From positions 496,001 through 560,000 of the forward strand of contig AP026153.1 in NCBI GenBank assembly GCA_030295235.1: a stretch of DNA of 64,000 nt, given 5' to 3'. The notes under the pieces are model-generated. The model worked only from the letters and a program-made list of their open reading frames with translations. It made no database searches and had not been told where the DNA came from. Position numbers and translations under genes: made by a program. Numbering within the stretch: position 1 is the first letter of the stretch; every line of letters starts with the position of its first letter. Shown piece by piece: positions 13,032-26,046 of this stretch. The DNA is from Fistulifera solaris (lineage: Eukaryota).

Positions 13032-13345
13032 GCTTGACGTAAAACAGAGTATAACACCTGGTCCAGAATTTGTGGACCACCTCCACAGAATTTCTGCTTT
13101 ATGCTAATCAGCTAATCCAGAATTTCTGGGACGTGTGCAAAATCTTCGTTCGACCTGTACAGAAATTCTGAACCTCCAAAGAATTCTGGCCTGCGGAACG
13201 TACAAATCGTTAGCTCGTGGGGGCCCGTTGTCGTCGCCGTTATAACGCAAACATGCATGTTTTGGTATTCGTATGGCAATGGTTTACTCATTTCATTCAC
13301 TCTCTGATAAATAATTTATCATTTTCAAAGTTATCTGGAGATGCA

Positions 13346-14889
13346 ATGGAGGAATCAGCAGAGATACGTCCAGCACACAAGTTGAAATACTTGTACGATG
13401 CTCCTCGTACTTCTTCGTATCAATTCACCGAATGGATTCTGCAGCGTCGACCTGTATTCATGAAAGCTTTTTGTCTTTTCTTTAATCAAAATGAAAACAA
13501 TTCACTGCTGAGACCGATCGACAATAAATACATTTGGGTGAACGATCAAGCACTCGTACGATATTATTCTCCCAACACGGATCCATCGAGTTATTTACTC
13601 GAAACACGAGGCATTGATCACAATTTACCTCCTGCCTTGCAACGAATCTCTTATGTTATTATTCTCAAGCGAAACAAAGAGGAAAAAGAATACTATTTTC
13701 ATGTGCACGCCTTGTCCCGAGATGCCGCCGACGCCTGCCTCCAGCTGCTGTGTTCGCTGGAGGATACCTATTTTCCAACATGATGGTCTCAAGCCAGCAT
13801 TTGCGCTATTACTCATCGCCAGGAGGAGCCGATCAACCAGAGAAATATCGATTTGATGCCTTTTACAATATCGAGTTCTCTGGTGCCCTACAAAGAACGA
13901 TGGCCACTTTGTCGAAACGAATCTTTCTCTGTCAATGCTATTTCCGTGACGGAGGGGCTGGAATTCTGGAGGAACTCCGAGCAGCCGGGCCCGATTTCGT
14001 GCCATTTGATCTATATATAGAAGGTGGTTGTCCTTTTGATGAAAAACACTGGGAGGAGTTTTTGAGTCTCTTATCTGAGGAAACGACATTGGTGAACAAA
14101 TTGGATCTTCGGGGTTTTAGTCCGCGCCGATCGTTGCCAACATCGGAATTGGCGTTTGCTCGTGTCGGAAACTTGATTTTCCGAGATCATTTGGAAGATA
14201 CGTGCGGACTCAAAGTTATTGAATCCGTCCAGTGTGGAAGGAGTCCCGATGGTCTTGATTGTAAAGGTTTCGATTCTGTACCCAGGTGGGACGCCTTTTG
14301 CAGATCACTAGCCAGTGCACAATGTCGATTAAAGCAACTGAAGGTGTATGACTTTGATGCCGAACGTGATCATGCGCTAGATGAAATTACCCTGACAGCA
14401 AGATTGATAGATTCACTTTGCCATGCTTTGAATAACAACAATTCACTCGTCGAACTGGCGATTGATTTCTCTATCAACATGACTCGCGACGACTTTGTAC
14501 GTGTTCTACGATCCGTCAAAAATCACAAGACACTTCGAACGATTTCCTTTCAAGATTGCAATGCATGGTCGAAAACGGATCGAATCGTGTTGACTGAGGA
14601 ATGGGTCGACATTTTACGGCACAATAGAACAATTCAAAACGTACTTTTTGACGACGAGTTGTACGACGAGCAACTTTTCGAAGAACTTGTACGTCCTCAG
14701 TTACTGCGGAACAAATACATGACGTTAATCCATAGGTCTCAGCAAATGCATGATGTTCGGAGCCGCACGTATTTCGTCGGTAGATGGATTGAAGAATCTG
14801 CGGGGGACCTCTTCTCCCCTCACATCACATTTATGCTTCTTCGAATGAACACAGATGTGATATCAAGCTATCGTGACGCATATCACTAG
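13346..14889 (+). CDS. Lineage-expanded RNI/LRR-like hypothetical protein (paralog 1), indel near 13775
   Basis: Two overlapping ORFs collinear with paralog 2 (YIWVND.A.VR, GCPFDE..W, SLAS.QC.LK.L, L..N.SL..L). Confidence 0.8.
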
Positions 14890-15723
14890 CAGGTTGAGTG
14901 ATTGGCTCCGGTAGTCTCTTGAGTTATCATCGGTCGAGATCACTTTCTTCCAGTGTCTTGTTTACTGAGTTCACAATTATACTGTTTATCCTCGTTTTGG
15001 TTGCGAGTGTTCTGTTGTGGAGGTCAGTTCGCCAAGTCAAGTTTCCTAGCAGATTCCCTCCTACGTATTGTCCACGTTTCCACATTGACTTTGGATCCAA
15101 CTATCGGGCTTTACGCAAAGACGTCTGCTCTTAAAATGAGTGCATACTCAATACCTTCCAGTTTCTTCGCGCATCGTCAGCTCAGATCTCTAATTATCAA
15201 TACATTATGTAGTAGACGTAGCTCAATATTTGTAATACGGGGTTAGTTTTTTTGCTGCAACAAGCGGTGAAGATTGTAATTTTCTTTACTATGGACTTAA
15301 GTGTAGGTTTACGCAACCATGGCGGCTTTTTGTCATAAAGCCAATTCTTTTATTTGAGTGCCTATTCAATCCCTTCCACCCGCTCTTCGCGTAGTCTATC
15401 TACCTCATTTCGTAAAGTGCAAAGTTAATGCAGCTCATTGTAATTCGGTCAGTATTTTTTCCGGCAACAAGCGGTGAGGATCGAATTTCCCAAAGTTACT
15501 ATCAAGCCAAGTGTACGTTCTACGCAAGTACGACTGCATTATTTCAGTCGTGAATTTTTTGCGCGATGCGACGATAACAAAAACAACTTGCGACGATACC
15601 AGTATCGACGATGCGATGCGATGCGTTGTGAGGAGTTTGTTGTTTTAATGCCTTTCATGATCCATAGCAAATAAAGTTTGCTCGATTCAGTTACAAACCC
15701 TTGAAAGAATTTCAGGGGAGAAA

Positions 15724-17267
15724 ATGGCTACGTTACGACGGATTGTGGATGAACAGTTTCCTGTGGACGATGCGTCTCCGAAGCACATAGCTTTGACGGA
15801 TCTAAACCCGCATCATCGGCCTCTATCGATGCTTTCTTTTGTGATCTTTTTCGCTATCGCATGGATGATACTCCCTTAACATTCAGTATGAGCAGCAACA
15901 GGTACCTTTGGGTCAACGATAAAGCATTTGTACGATGTAATGGCAATTACGCATCCTCGTCTCAGGTCGAAAAGGAATGCAAGGAACGTGGCTTCGCCCT
16001 ATCTTTGCAACAATTTACCAACATTGTGATCCTCGGAAGGGATGATGAAGAGCTCTATTTTTACATTCACGCCCTAGATACAGAAGCTGCGGATTCTTGT
16101 CTTGAGTTTTTGTTCTCTTTGGAGGATACGTATTTTGCCCGGTTACTGGTTTCTCGTCAGCATTCGCCGTACTACTCGTTACCTTCCAGGACACAGAAAC
16201 GAAGTGCTCATCGCATCAATGCTTTCTACGAGCTAGCGCTTACGTGCGAGCAGCAGCGGATGATTGTGGCCGCGTCCAAGAGGACATTGCTGACCGATTG
16301 CCGATTCTGCGACGGGGGCACCGCATTTCTTACTGTTTTACTAGAGACAGGGCTCGATTTTGAACCGGTTGACCTGTACATGGAAGGTGATTGTCCGTTT
16401 GATGACAATTGTTGGAACCAATTTCTCAATCTCTTGGTTGGGCAGAAAAAGCTGGTGAAAAAACTGGATATAAGTAAGCTTACCCTACGCCCAACTTGTC
16501 GAACAACAGAGCTGGCATCCGCCCGGGTAACTACCTTGAGTTTTGGAGAAGAATTGGGCATCTGGTTTCGCTATGAAATTATTGAGTCCATCCGTGGAGG
16601 AAATAGTCCGGAAGGACTGGATTTCGTCGGCTTGGACAGTCGACGGGAATGGGATGATCTTTGCAAATCACTTGCCAGTCCACAATGTCAACTCAAAAGA
16701 CTAAAGATATCTGATTTTGATGCCAAAGTTTATAATGACGACGAACACGAGATAACAGTAGTGTCGGCGCTGACAGAATCACTTTGTTACGGTCTGTTTC
16801 ATAATGAAACACTCATCGAATTGGACATTGGTTTTGCGGCCATGACGATGATCAACTTTGGGCGCATTCTGCGTTGTATCGGCCTTCATACGACACTCCG
16901 AACAGTCTCTTTGTGGGCCGCGGACGACTGGTTGGACGATTGCGATCCGGAAGTGTTTGCTGGGGCCTGGGGAGAAACTTTACGGTACAATACAACGATT
17001 TTAAATGTTCGATTTGACGAAGATGTATGCGACGGGCGTGTCTTTGAGATACATGCCCGACCTCATCTGATACGCAACAAGTATCTGACGTTAGTTGAAA
17101 GGTCTCATCAGATGCAGGATAGTTTGAGCCGAGCATTTTTCGTGGGTAAATGGATTGAGGAAGCCGTAGAGGAACACGCATCTCCTCTCATTACGTACAT
17201 GCTTATTCGAAAGAACGCGGATATCATATCAACCTATCTGGATGAAAAATACAGGCGGAGAGAGTGA
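15724..17267 (+). CDS. Lineage-expanded RNI/LRR-like hypothetical protein (paralog 2), indel near 15840
   Basis: 468-aa ORF, visibly homologous to 13346-14889 and 19026-20645. Confidence 0.8.
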
Positions 17268-17824
17268 TCCGTTCCACTGATGCTTTCCGACTGTCTTCAG
17301 CTGGGAATATTCCGACAGCGTTATATTACTCGTTTGATAGATCTCGTTGTCAAGCATGACTGGTGTAATTTTGATTGATGCCACGAGATGGCCTATTTTT
17401 AAAAGCGATACATCGCCACGAATCACGAAGACTCTCCTACCATCTATAACGTTTATTGCACCGACATCGTTGTTTCAAGAGGTAACGATGAACACTTTGC
17501 GTTTCAAACCCCGTCGAGCTCCTCCTCTCCTCCCATACCGTTTCTTTGTTGGGGGCCATAATGCATGAAGTTCGAAAATCATTTTCCGGGTTAACAGAGA
17601 GCTGAAGTTGAAGGTTCTAGAGTCATCGCATCCACCTTAGTTTTTGATGCGGTCTGGCGTACTCCCGTAGAATTCATTTCTCCACCACGCATCGTTATTT
17701 TCACCACAAAACATCAGCATCACAACAAATCTTTCGCATTGTTTCCTATAAAGGGACAAGTCTTCATGAATTACCATGTATCGATGATAGATAGCGTCGT
17801 CAATTATCCGAGGGAACGTGCAGG

Positions 17825-18683
17825 ATGGGGCGCTGGTTTTTACTAGGGTGGTTTCTTTGTGTGCCGATGATCGTGACGGCACTTTCCACCATTCAGTACA
17901 TTCATCAACAACGATGTTTACTTACAGAATGCCAAGAACCTCGGCTTCCTCCTTTAGTACTTTTGCCCGGTATGGCACAGTCCATAGCGGCGTGGGAGTC
18001 CCATGTGCCCGCTTTGGCGAAAGATCGACATGTGCTCATTTACGAACCGATGGGCATCGGTCCCTACCAGGAAACATGGTCGGATGTGTCTCTACCCGCG
18101 CAAGCCGATCGTCTGGAAGAAATCTTACAAACGATCTGGGGGAACGAAGCTGTCCATGTGACAGGATTCTCATTGGGAGGACGCATAGGCATGGCGTTGG
18201 GATGCCAACATCCGGAGCGTCTGCCAAAATTGCACCTCGCGGGTGTCTCGCTCGAACGATCCGATGCAGGTCAGTTGCAACTCCTGGGCTGGCTGGATCA
18301 TTTACAACACGAGAATCTACGAGCGTTTGCTTGGTCGGCTATCTTAGCGACATACTCGCCCGCTTATTTGATGCAGCACAAAAAGAAAAATACCATTGTG
18401 GGTGGATAGTATTTGTCAGACGCATTCGGTGCAAGGCTTACGTTTGTTACTCGAACAAGCACACGATCACGATCCAGCGTGGTCTGTCGTTGCCATGGCG
18501 CAACGTTTGCATGTATCAGGTCACCTTTGTGTCGGCGAAAACGACATATTGGGGCACGACGCAGCAGGGTTGGCGAATGCTTTGGGTTGGGATGCCCCTA
18601 CAATCGTACCGGCGGCTGGTCATGCTGTTCCAATGGAAGCAGGTCGGTTATGGCGGGAGGATGTCAAGAATACATTGCGCTAA
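17825..18683 (+). CDS. Alpha/beta hydrolase with signal peptide, indel near 18385
   Basis: PLVLLPG, GFSLGG nucleophile elbow, VGEND acid and GHAVPME catalytic His. Confidence 0.85.
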
Positions 18684-19025
18684 AAGACTGGTAGTATTTT
18701 TTTTTCATTTCGTGGAGAGAATTACAAATGGTACGTACACCAAGCAAAACTTAGATGCTCGTTTTTAAACTAGAGTTCTTGTCATTGAAATCGAACGGCG
18801 CCCGATGAAAACTCGTCGGAGTTGGTCGATTTCGTCTATCCGTGTCTTGGACTTCATATCGACGAGCCAGAGAAAAGCCCGGAATTAAAGCAGCCGGAGT
18901 ATCATCGCTATCATGTCGCTTCCAGTGAAGTGAAGATGGCATGACGAAGATATTCAAACATCTTGTCTGACTTGTCTTTTTAAGACTCTTTTGCAGATAG
19001 AAATGCTGAACAATCACCCCTGCGA

Positions 19026-20645
19026 CTACAACCGATCATTGTCGTGTCCCTTGCTTCGACGCCCGACGTAGATTGAAAGAACATCCGAGTTCATTTTCAG
19101 TAACATATAAACAACAGTGTTTGACTTCTTTTCCAATAGAGAGCAAAGGAACCACGCACGTATCATCTCGTCCGGTATGTTGTGGAACTTTTTCATGAAT
19201 CCTAGAACACCATTACGTTCTTTCATTGGCTCTACAACTTTGCGCCAAACAAACTTATCGTATAGACATTCATCCAAGTTCACATCACGAATCATTTTGT
19301 TGTTCTCGAGCATGTGACCCAGTGCAATGGTTCTCGGTACGCTTTCGAAAGCGTCCGCGTCTTGAGAAGCAATCCGAGTGGTCAGTGTCATTTTCGTCAA
19401 AGCCTTATGATGTCGCACTCCATCAAATATCATCTCCAGATCTCCATCGAACACCTCCGCAAAACTAAAATCAATATCGATCAGTGACTGGTTCTTTAGC
19501 AAACCATCTTTTACAAACGAGATAAGCTTTGCTTGCAACATCTTTCGGTCAAAACCCGTATCGTGGGCATCCACCACATCCCACTTGTACAACGTCAGAC
19601 GTTGAAGAACACATTCAGGACTCCGTAGCGCTTCTCCGAACGATTTCCACATGGCGAGAGTCCCGAAGCCATCCATGTGAATGCCCAATGGTCCAACCCC
19701 GGTACGAATCGATTCGATAAGAGGCAATTTGCAATCTTCAAACGCGTTACCGGTTAGACTCAGATCCTTGACTTGCACTTGACTCAACAAAACGTTGCTT
19801 GACCACGCGGCAGTATCGTAGGCTGTGAGATTCAAATGGTGCACAATTTTCCTGTCCGCTAGTATACCCAGAAATAGATTCCAATTCTCCTCATCAAACG
19901 GCTTTTGAGTTCGAATGGTGATTTTTGGAATGTGAAAAGGTTCTTTCAAAAGACGCAGAGAATGTACCATAGACGCTCCGCCATCGGAACAGGAGCAATC
20001 ATGTAGGCACAAACTAGAAGGTGACGAGACCAAGGCTGCGGCTTGCTTGGGATTGAAAACAAAGAACCGGAAGACCGTTTCTCGTATATCGTTGCTTCTC
20101 AAAGCTCTAATGTCTTCCTCCGACAACGGGCACAACTTAATTTGAAAGTAGCATGACATTGACAAAGAAGAACACCAATCATCCGACAGCCGGCAGATAA
20201 GGCTCAAAAACTCGGCAGCGGCAATGTAGGAGGATGCATGCACGTCAATTTGATATTCTTTTCCCTCCGTAGTTTGCAAGACCACAGAATAAATCACATT
20301 CTGGTACACCGCCGGAAATGAGTCATCAAGGCGCATCACGCTCTTCTCAATGCCACATTGTTCGATATGAAAGTATCGGACAAAGGCGTTGCTGTTAATC
20401 CAAATGTAACGAAAAGCGTCATACTCCTGTTTTGGCACTTTGTCGTCTGAAAATTGAAACAATTGTAGAAAATCTTTCACTGATTCCAGAGAGCGAGTCA
20501 ACTGAAATTCCTGAAAAATGTGAAGCTTCTGCCTGGGAAGATGCCTTAACTTTTCGACAGCTTGCAGTACCGGCTGAACTTCTGGTGCCCTTTCTTCGAA
20601 GGAGGGATCGTCTTCGATGTAAATATCACTATCCGAGTCTGACAT
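19026..20645 (-). CDS. Lineage-expanded RNI/LRR-like hypothetical protein (paralog 3)
   Basis: Intact 539-aa ORF sharing YIWIN.NAFVRY, PFDE.NW and LRSPECVLQRL with paralogs 1 and 2. Confidence 0.85.
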   Translation of the reverse strand: MSDSDSDIYIEDDPSFEERAPEVQPVLQAVEKLRHLPRQKLHIFQEFQLTRSLESVKDFLQLFQFSDDKVPKQEYDAFRYIWINSNAFVRYFHIEQCGIEKSVMRLDDSFPAVYQNVIYSVVLQTTEGKEYQIDVHASSYIAAAEFLSLICRLSDDWCSSLSMSCYFQIKLCPLSEEDIRALRSNDIRETVFRFFVFNPKQAAALVSSPSSLCLHDCSCSDGGASMVHSLRLLKEPFHIPKITIRTQKPFDEENWNLFLGILADRKIVHHLNLTAYDTAAWSSNVLLSQVQVKDLSLTGNAFEDCKLPLIESIRTGVGPLGIHMDGFGTLAMWKSFGEALRSPECVLQRLTLYKWDVVDAHDTGFDRKMLQAKLISFVKDGLLKNQSLIDIDFSFAEVFDGDLEMIFDGVRHHKALTKMTLTTRIASQDADAFESVPRTIALGHMLENNKMIRDVNLDECLYDKFVWRKVVEPMKERNGVLGFMKKFHNIPDEMIRAWFLCSLLEKKSNTVVYMLLKMNSDVLSIYVGRRSKGHDNDRL

Positions 20646-21176
20646 GCTTCACTTTCTTTTGATTTCATTGACTTCGCATTGCATTCATTAATTTTTGTCG
20701 ATCGCGTCGCGACGTCGTTTTTTCGCGGTTGTTTTGATACGTAAAAAACTATAGCCTAACGTGTAGGCGGAGCTTACCCTGACTGAATTCGTTATCAGTC
20801 CCGCAACATCTCGTCTATTTCCAATCAAAACTACTTTGCTCTGAGGCCCGCTAGTTCAATATTTACGACCGATATAGATGATAACTATTCATCAATGTAT
20901 CGAGGTGTTGTTGGTGATGATATTGGAGGAAACTTTCTCTTAAATGATGTGTAGATTATGTTCAAAGTAAATTGTCAAAGTAATCACTATGATGTAAAGT
21001 GTATGTTACCTTTTTCCCGACTCAAATCGTCCTCAGTCCCGGTTAGTGGCGGCTATTTTTTTTTATAAATAAAATATAGCCTATACTCCGTAATTGACAA
21101 CTGACGTGTCGTTTTCAAAGATATTCTAAAGGTTGAATTGAAATAAACTAGTCAGAAAAAGGCTACAGGCAACAGA

Positions 21177-21605
21177 TTAAGCATGAATACGGCCATCATC
21201 GGATCGAATCCACGGCCAAGCTTTGGCATCTCGAGCACATTCGGCAGCGACATCCCACGAGCTGACCAGTCCGACAAAGATCCCTTCGTTGTTCAAGACA
21301 ACAGCATGGTTGATGTGCTTCTTTTGAAACAAATCCGCTACCGTGTCGCGACTATCGGTCTCCCGAACTGTATACAATTCGCTGCTCATGATTTGGCTGA
21401 CGGGCTGCTGCAAGTCAATGCCCCGGTGATACGACGAAGCAAGGTCGGTCTTGGTCACAATACCAACCGCCTGATTCTCTCGATTGATCACCACAACGGA
21501 CGAAATCTTTTCATTCAGCATGAGCGTCAAGGCGCGATCAATGGGACTGTCGTCGAAACAACTGAACACCTTGGTGGCGGGTGTCATGAAGCCGGTTACG
21601 TGCAT
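21177..21605 (-). CDS. CBS-domain pair protein
   Basis: Two CBS repeats (ISSVVV...VGIVTKTD; HAVV...VGLVSSWD). Confidence 0.85.
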   Translation of the reverse strand: MHVTGFMTPATKVFSCFDDSPIDRALTLMLNEKISSVVVINRENQAVGIVTKTDLASSYHRGIDLQQPVSQIMSSELYTVRETDSRDTVADLFQKKHINHAVVLNNEGIFVGLVSSWDVAAECARDAKAWPWIRSDDGRIHA

Positions 21606-22433
21606 TATTATTTGTGTTGTTAATTGAGTAGTAGATGATTGATGTGTTTGTCTTCAAGTCTTGAAATGTCTTTCAAAATTTGTGTTTTCTTCGTCATCCT
21701 CCCATGATCGCAAATCGCAAGACTAGGTGACACCGGAATTCGCATAGTTCAAAATTATGGGATCCGAACCGTGCAGGATCGAAATCTCCGCAGCGTGATG
21801 AATTGTTAGCGATTTGCGGATTGGATTCTCATGGCTAAAAAAGACGGAAGTTGGGCTTGCTGTCAAAGTATTACGCAGCCAACATTGATCATTCAAAGTG
21901 TTTTTGTTGCTGTCATTGTCGATCCTTTCATGAGCTTTTTACGCGCAGCTAGCGTACCCAACCTCCCTTTTACCCTATTACTCTCGAAGAAGCAGAGAGA
22001 CTACAAAGGTCCTGCTTTCCTCTATTTCTGGAGTTGCTGCCGATTGTTTCGACAATAATAACAATCGATTTTATAGATCTTATTGTCATCGCGCTTTCGT
22101 TTCAAAATCGTCACGCGTTTCCTCCATAAGCGTGGAAGCATTCAACGGAAATGTCACACAAACTGTATTTAACGACACTTGTCATGATTGTATCACAACG
22201 GAAAGTTAGTCACTATAAGAGAAAATGTTGGTTTACGCGGAATGTCCCACGGTTCTTTATTATTTCGTCTTTTTGCGCTCGTCGTTATAATCAAGTCGTT
22301 GCGCTCCGTTGCATTGTGATGCGGTGCGCCATTTGTGAGAAGTTCCTTTCCTACTTCTGGTGATTATTATTGATCTATTACACTTTCACTTTACACTATT
22401 GTCGACGTTCACAAACGATAATCCACTTTCATC

Positions 22434-23246
22434 ATGGCTGCTCCTCCGCCGCAAAGTTATCCGTACGATTACCTATTTAAAATTTTGATCATTGGTGATG
22501 CGTCGGTCGGAAAAGTAAGCCGAAACAATGCGCGCTGTGGAAAAGGGCCTGAACAACAACAACAACTCATTTATTTATTTCTTTTATTGTTTTCTTCTTT
22601 ACATTACAGTCATCCATGTTACTGAGATTTACGGACGATTCGTTCGATGAGCACATTCAATCGACGATTGGCGTCGATTTCAAAGTCAAACACTTGGAAG
22701 TCGAAGGGAAACGCGTCAAATGCTCGGTCTGGGACACGGCCGGTCAGGAACGCTTTCGTACCTTGACGTCTTCGTATTATCGCGGCGCACACGGTGTCAT
22801 TTTAGTATACGATGTCACGCGTCAAGACAGTTTCGATCATTTGGCGCAATGGTTGAAAGAAGTCCAAATGTACACACCGGGGAATGGTGAATCCGTCGTC
22901 AAACTGCTGGTGGGAAATAAATGTGATTTGGAACGAAAAGTACCCAAAGAACAAGCCGATGCGTGGGCTCGGTCGCAAGGGATGCTGTTTTTGGAGGCGT
23001 CCGCCAAAACACGGTTGGGGATCCGGCAGGTACGTTGTTTTGGGCGCACTGCCCTCGTCTTGACGTTAATTTATACCGCATCTTAATCCCATCGCATACT
23101 TAGGTATTTTTGGAAGTCGTCAAAAGATGCTGGAGAATCCGGAATTATTGCAACAGGCTATCCCCGGACGAAAGGTCGCACCCACGGTTCAATTACGTCC
23201 GACCGCTCCGTCCCTCGATGATGATGACGAAGGTGGTTGCTGTTAA
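22434..23246 (+). CDS. RAB18: Rab18/RabC small GTPase, introns 22515-22609 and 23030-23103
   Basis: GDASVGKS, TIGVDFK, WDTAGQERFRTLTSSYYRGA, GNKCD, EASAK and C-terminal GGCC prenylation site. Confidence 0.92.
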
Positions 23247-23497
23247 TTCTTTAATAAAACAAACGAAATAGCGGTGACTCGAATTGTGCATGGTTCGAAG
23301 GAGCTTTTCTATCAACAGGCGTTCTCGCAATAACTTCTATGATATAATCCAGCGACGCGTCGGTGATTCTTCCAAAACTCATTATTTTCTACATCTTTCT
23401 CTGTCGAACAAATAATATCATAAGACAAATAACAAACAGTGGAATCTTTTCTGATTGACTAGTATTACAATATTCATTCCTTTTGCGTGCATTATGA

Positions 23498-24076
23498 TTA
23501 GTCCGTTTCACGCAACAACAATCCATCTGACATGTCGGGATTGTCTTCAAAGATAATTGTATTGAGACCGGAATCGACCGTCCCACGCCCCGTCAACTTT
23601 CTCCAAATCCGTTGGGTACAATCCATTGCCAGCAGAGAATACCAAACCCCCCTTAAGAAATAATAAATGCGATATCGATTCGACATGAACGCCCCGAATC
23701 CCAAAAATACCAAGAGAATAATGATGCACCACGCGATCGTTTTGGCCATAATACTCCAAAAGGACCAGTGTCGTTTCGTTTGTTCGTTGTTGTTGGATGA
23801 AGGAGCCGCCGTTGGAGTTGTACTGGGGGTATGGCTTGGTGCCGGAGTGGGAGCCATGGTCGTTGTGTTGGTCGTCGGTGCGCGCGTGGGAGCAAATGTC
23901 GCATTGTTGTTATGAGGAGCCGCCGTGGGTACCATAGTTGTTGTATTGTTAGAGGGAGAAGGTGTCGGTAGCGTCGCGTTGGTGGGAGCCATGGTCGGAG
24001 GATGCTTTTTTCGATCCCAGGCCGATGACACGGAACAGAGACACAGCAAAAAGAGCAGCGGTCGTTGGACGATCAT
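23498..24076 (-). CDS. Single-pass membrane glycoprotein with Pro/Thr-rich ectodomain
   Basis: Signal peptide, APT repeats, N-glycosylation sequons and one TM helix. Confidence 0.75.
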   Translation of the reverse strand: MIVQRPLLFLLCLCSVSSAWDRKKHPPTMAPTNATLPTPSPSNNTTTMVPTAAPHNNNATFAPTRAPTTNTTTMAPTPAPSHTPSTTPTAAPSSNNNEQTKRHWSFWSIMAKTIAWCIIILLVFLGFGAFMSNRYRIYYFLRGVWYSLLAMDCTQRIWRKLTGRGTVDSGLNTIIFEDNPDMSDGLLLRETD

Positions 24077-24585
24077 TTTTGCGGGTGCGTCCAGGCTCTT
24101 TCGATGGCGATTTCAAAAGCGGAAGGAGAGAGAAAGAGTAGAAGAAAATGAAGAAAGAAGGTATCTGTTTGAGCAACAATGGACTATACTTCTTTTCCCG
24201 CTCGTCGTCATTCTCATCGTCGTTGCACGCGACACGCGACGATCAAGCGACGATGTCGCTTCGGATGTTCGTTTTCTCAATGCTGTCGTGTGTCGTGTCC
24301 AAGGGTCGTGTCGCAGCGGAGGACGGACAAGCCATGTCAAACTGCGGAATGCGGAATTCGGAATCAGTTTTATTTTATCGCATGATAGGATCCAATTCGT
24401 GAATGCGTTTTTGATGGAGTCCTGCTTGAAGTGGCCGCGTGGAAGCAAGTTTGTGCGCGATGGAGTGACGGATGAAAGTGTAACCCGGTTGTTGAAGTAA
24501 ATGCGGAGCAAACGCAATAAAACCGAAGGAAAGAGACGAGAGACACCAACTATTGCAGTGCAACAATCAAACATCGCAACCAACC

Positions 24586-24625
<40 letters not shown>

Positions 24626-24642
24626 ACATACTACACAATACA

Positions 24643-25866
<1,224 letters not shown>

Positions 25867-26046
25867 ATGATTATTAATGAACACAATTGAAGTATTTGAT
25901 AAGTACAAAAGGAGAACTGTATGACGCCATTGGAATTATAGTAAGACGGTTGTAGGAAATATCGGTCTGAAGCAACCGGACTCCACAGACAAAAAAGTAG
26001 TCCTTACTAGAGTTGTGAACAAGCTGACTTTCTAATTTAGAAGATC

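Larger units (their letters stand above)
10177..13200. repeat. Degenerate ~52-bp minisatellite with palindromic core TTCCAGAWTTTCTGGAA, interrupted by a transposon at 11089-13031
   Basis: Core copies at about 10178, 10299, 10351, 10397, 10449, 10500, 10552, 10707, 10759, 10812, 10879, 10938, 10991, 11050, 13061 and 13115. Confidence 0.9.

Noticed and set aside
10177..13200. True CRISPR array
   Set aside because: Linkers are related to each other, the core is only about 17-20 bp and degenerate, no cas genes are present, and the context is eukaryotic.
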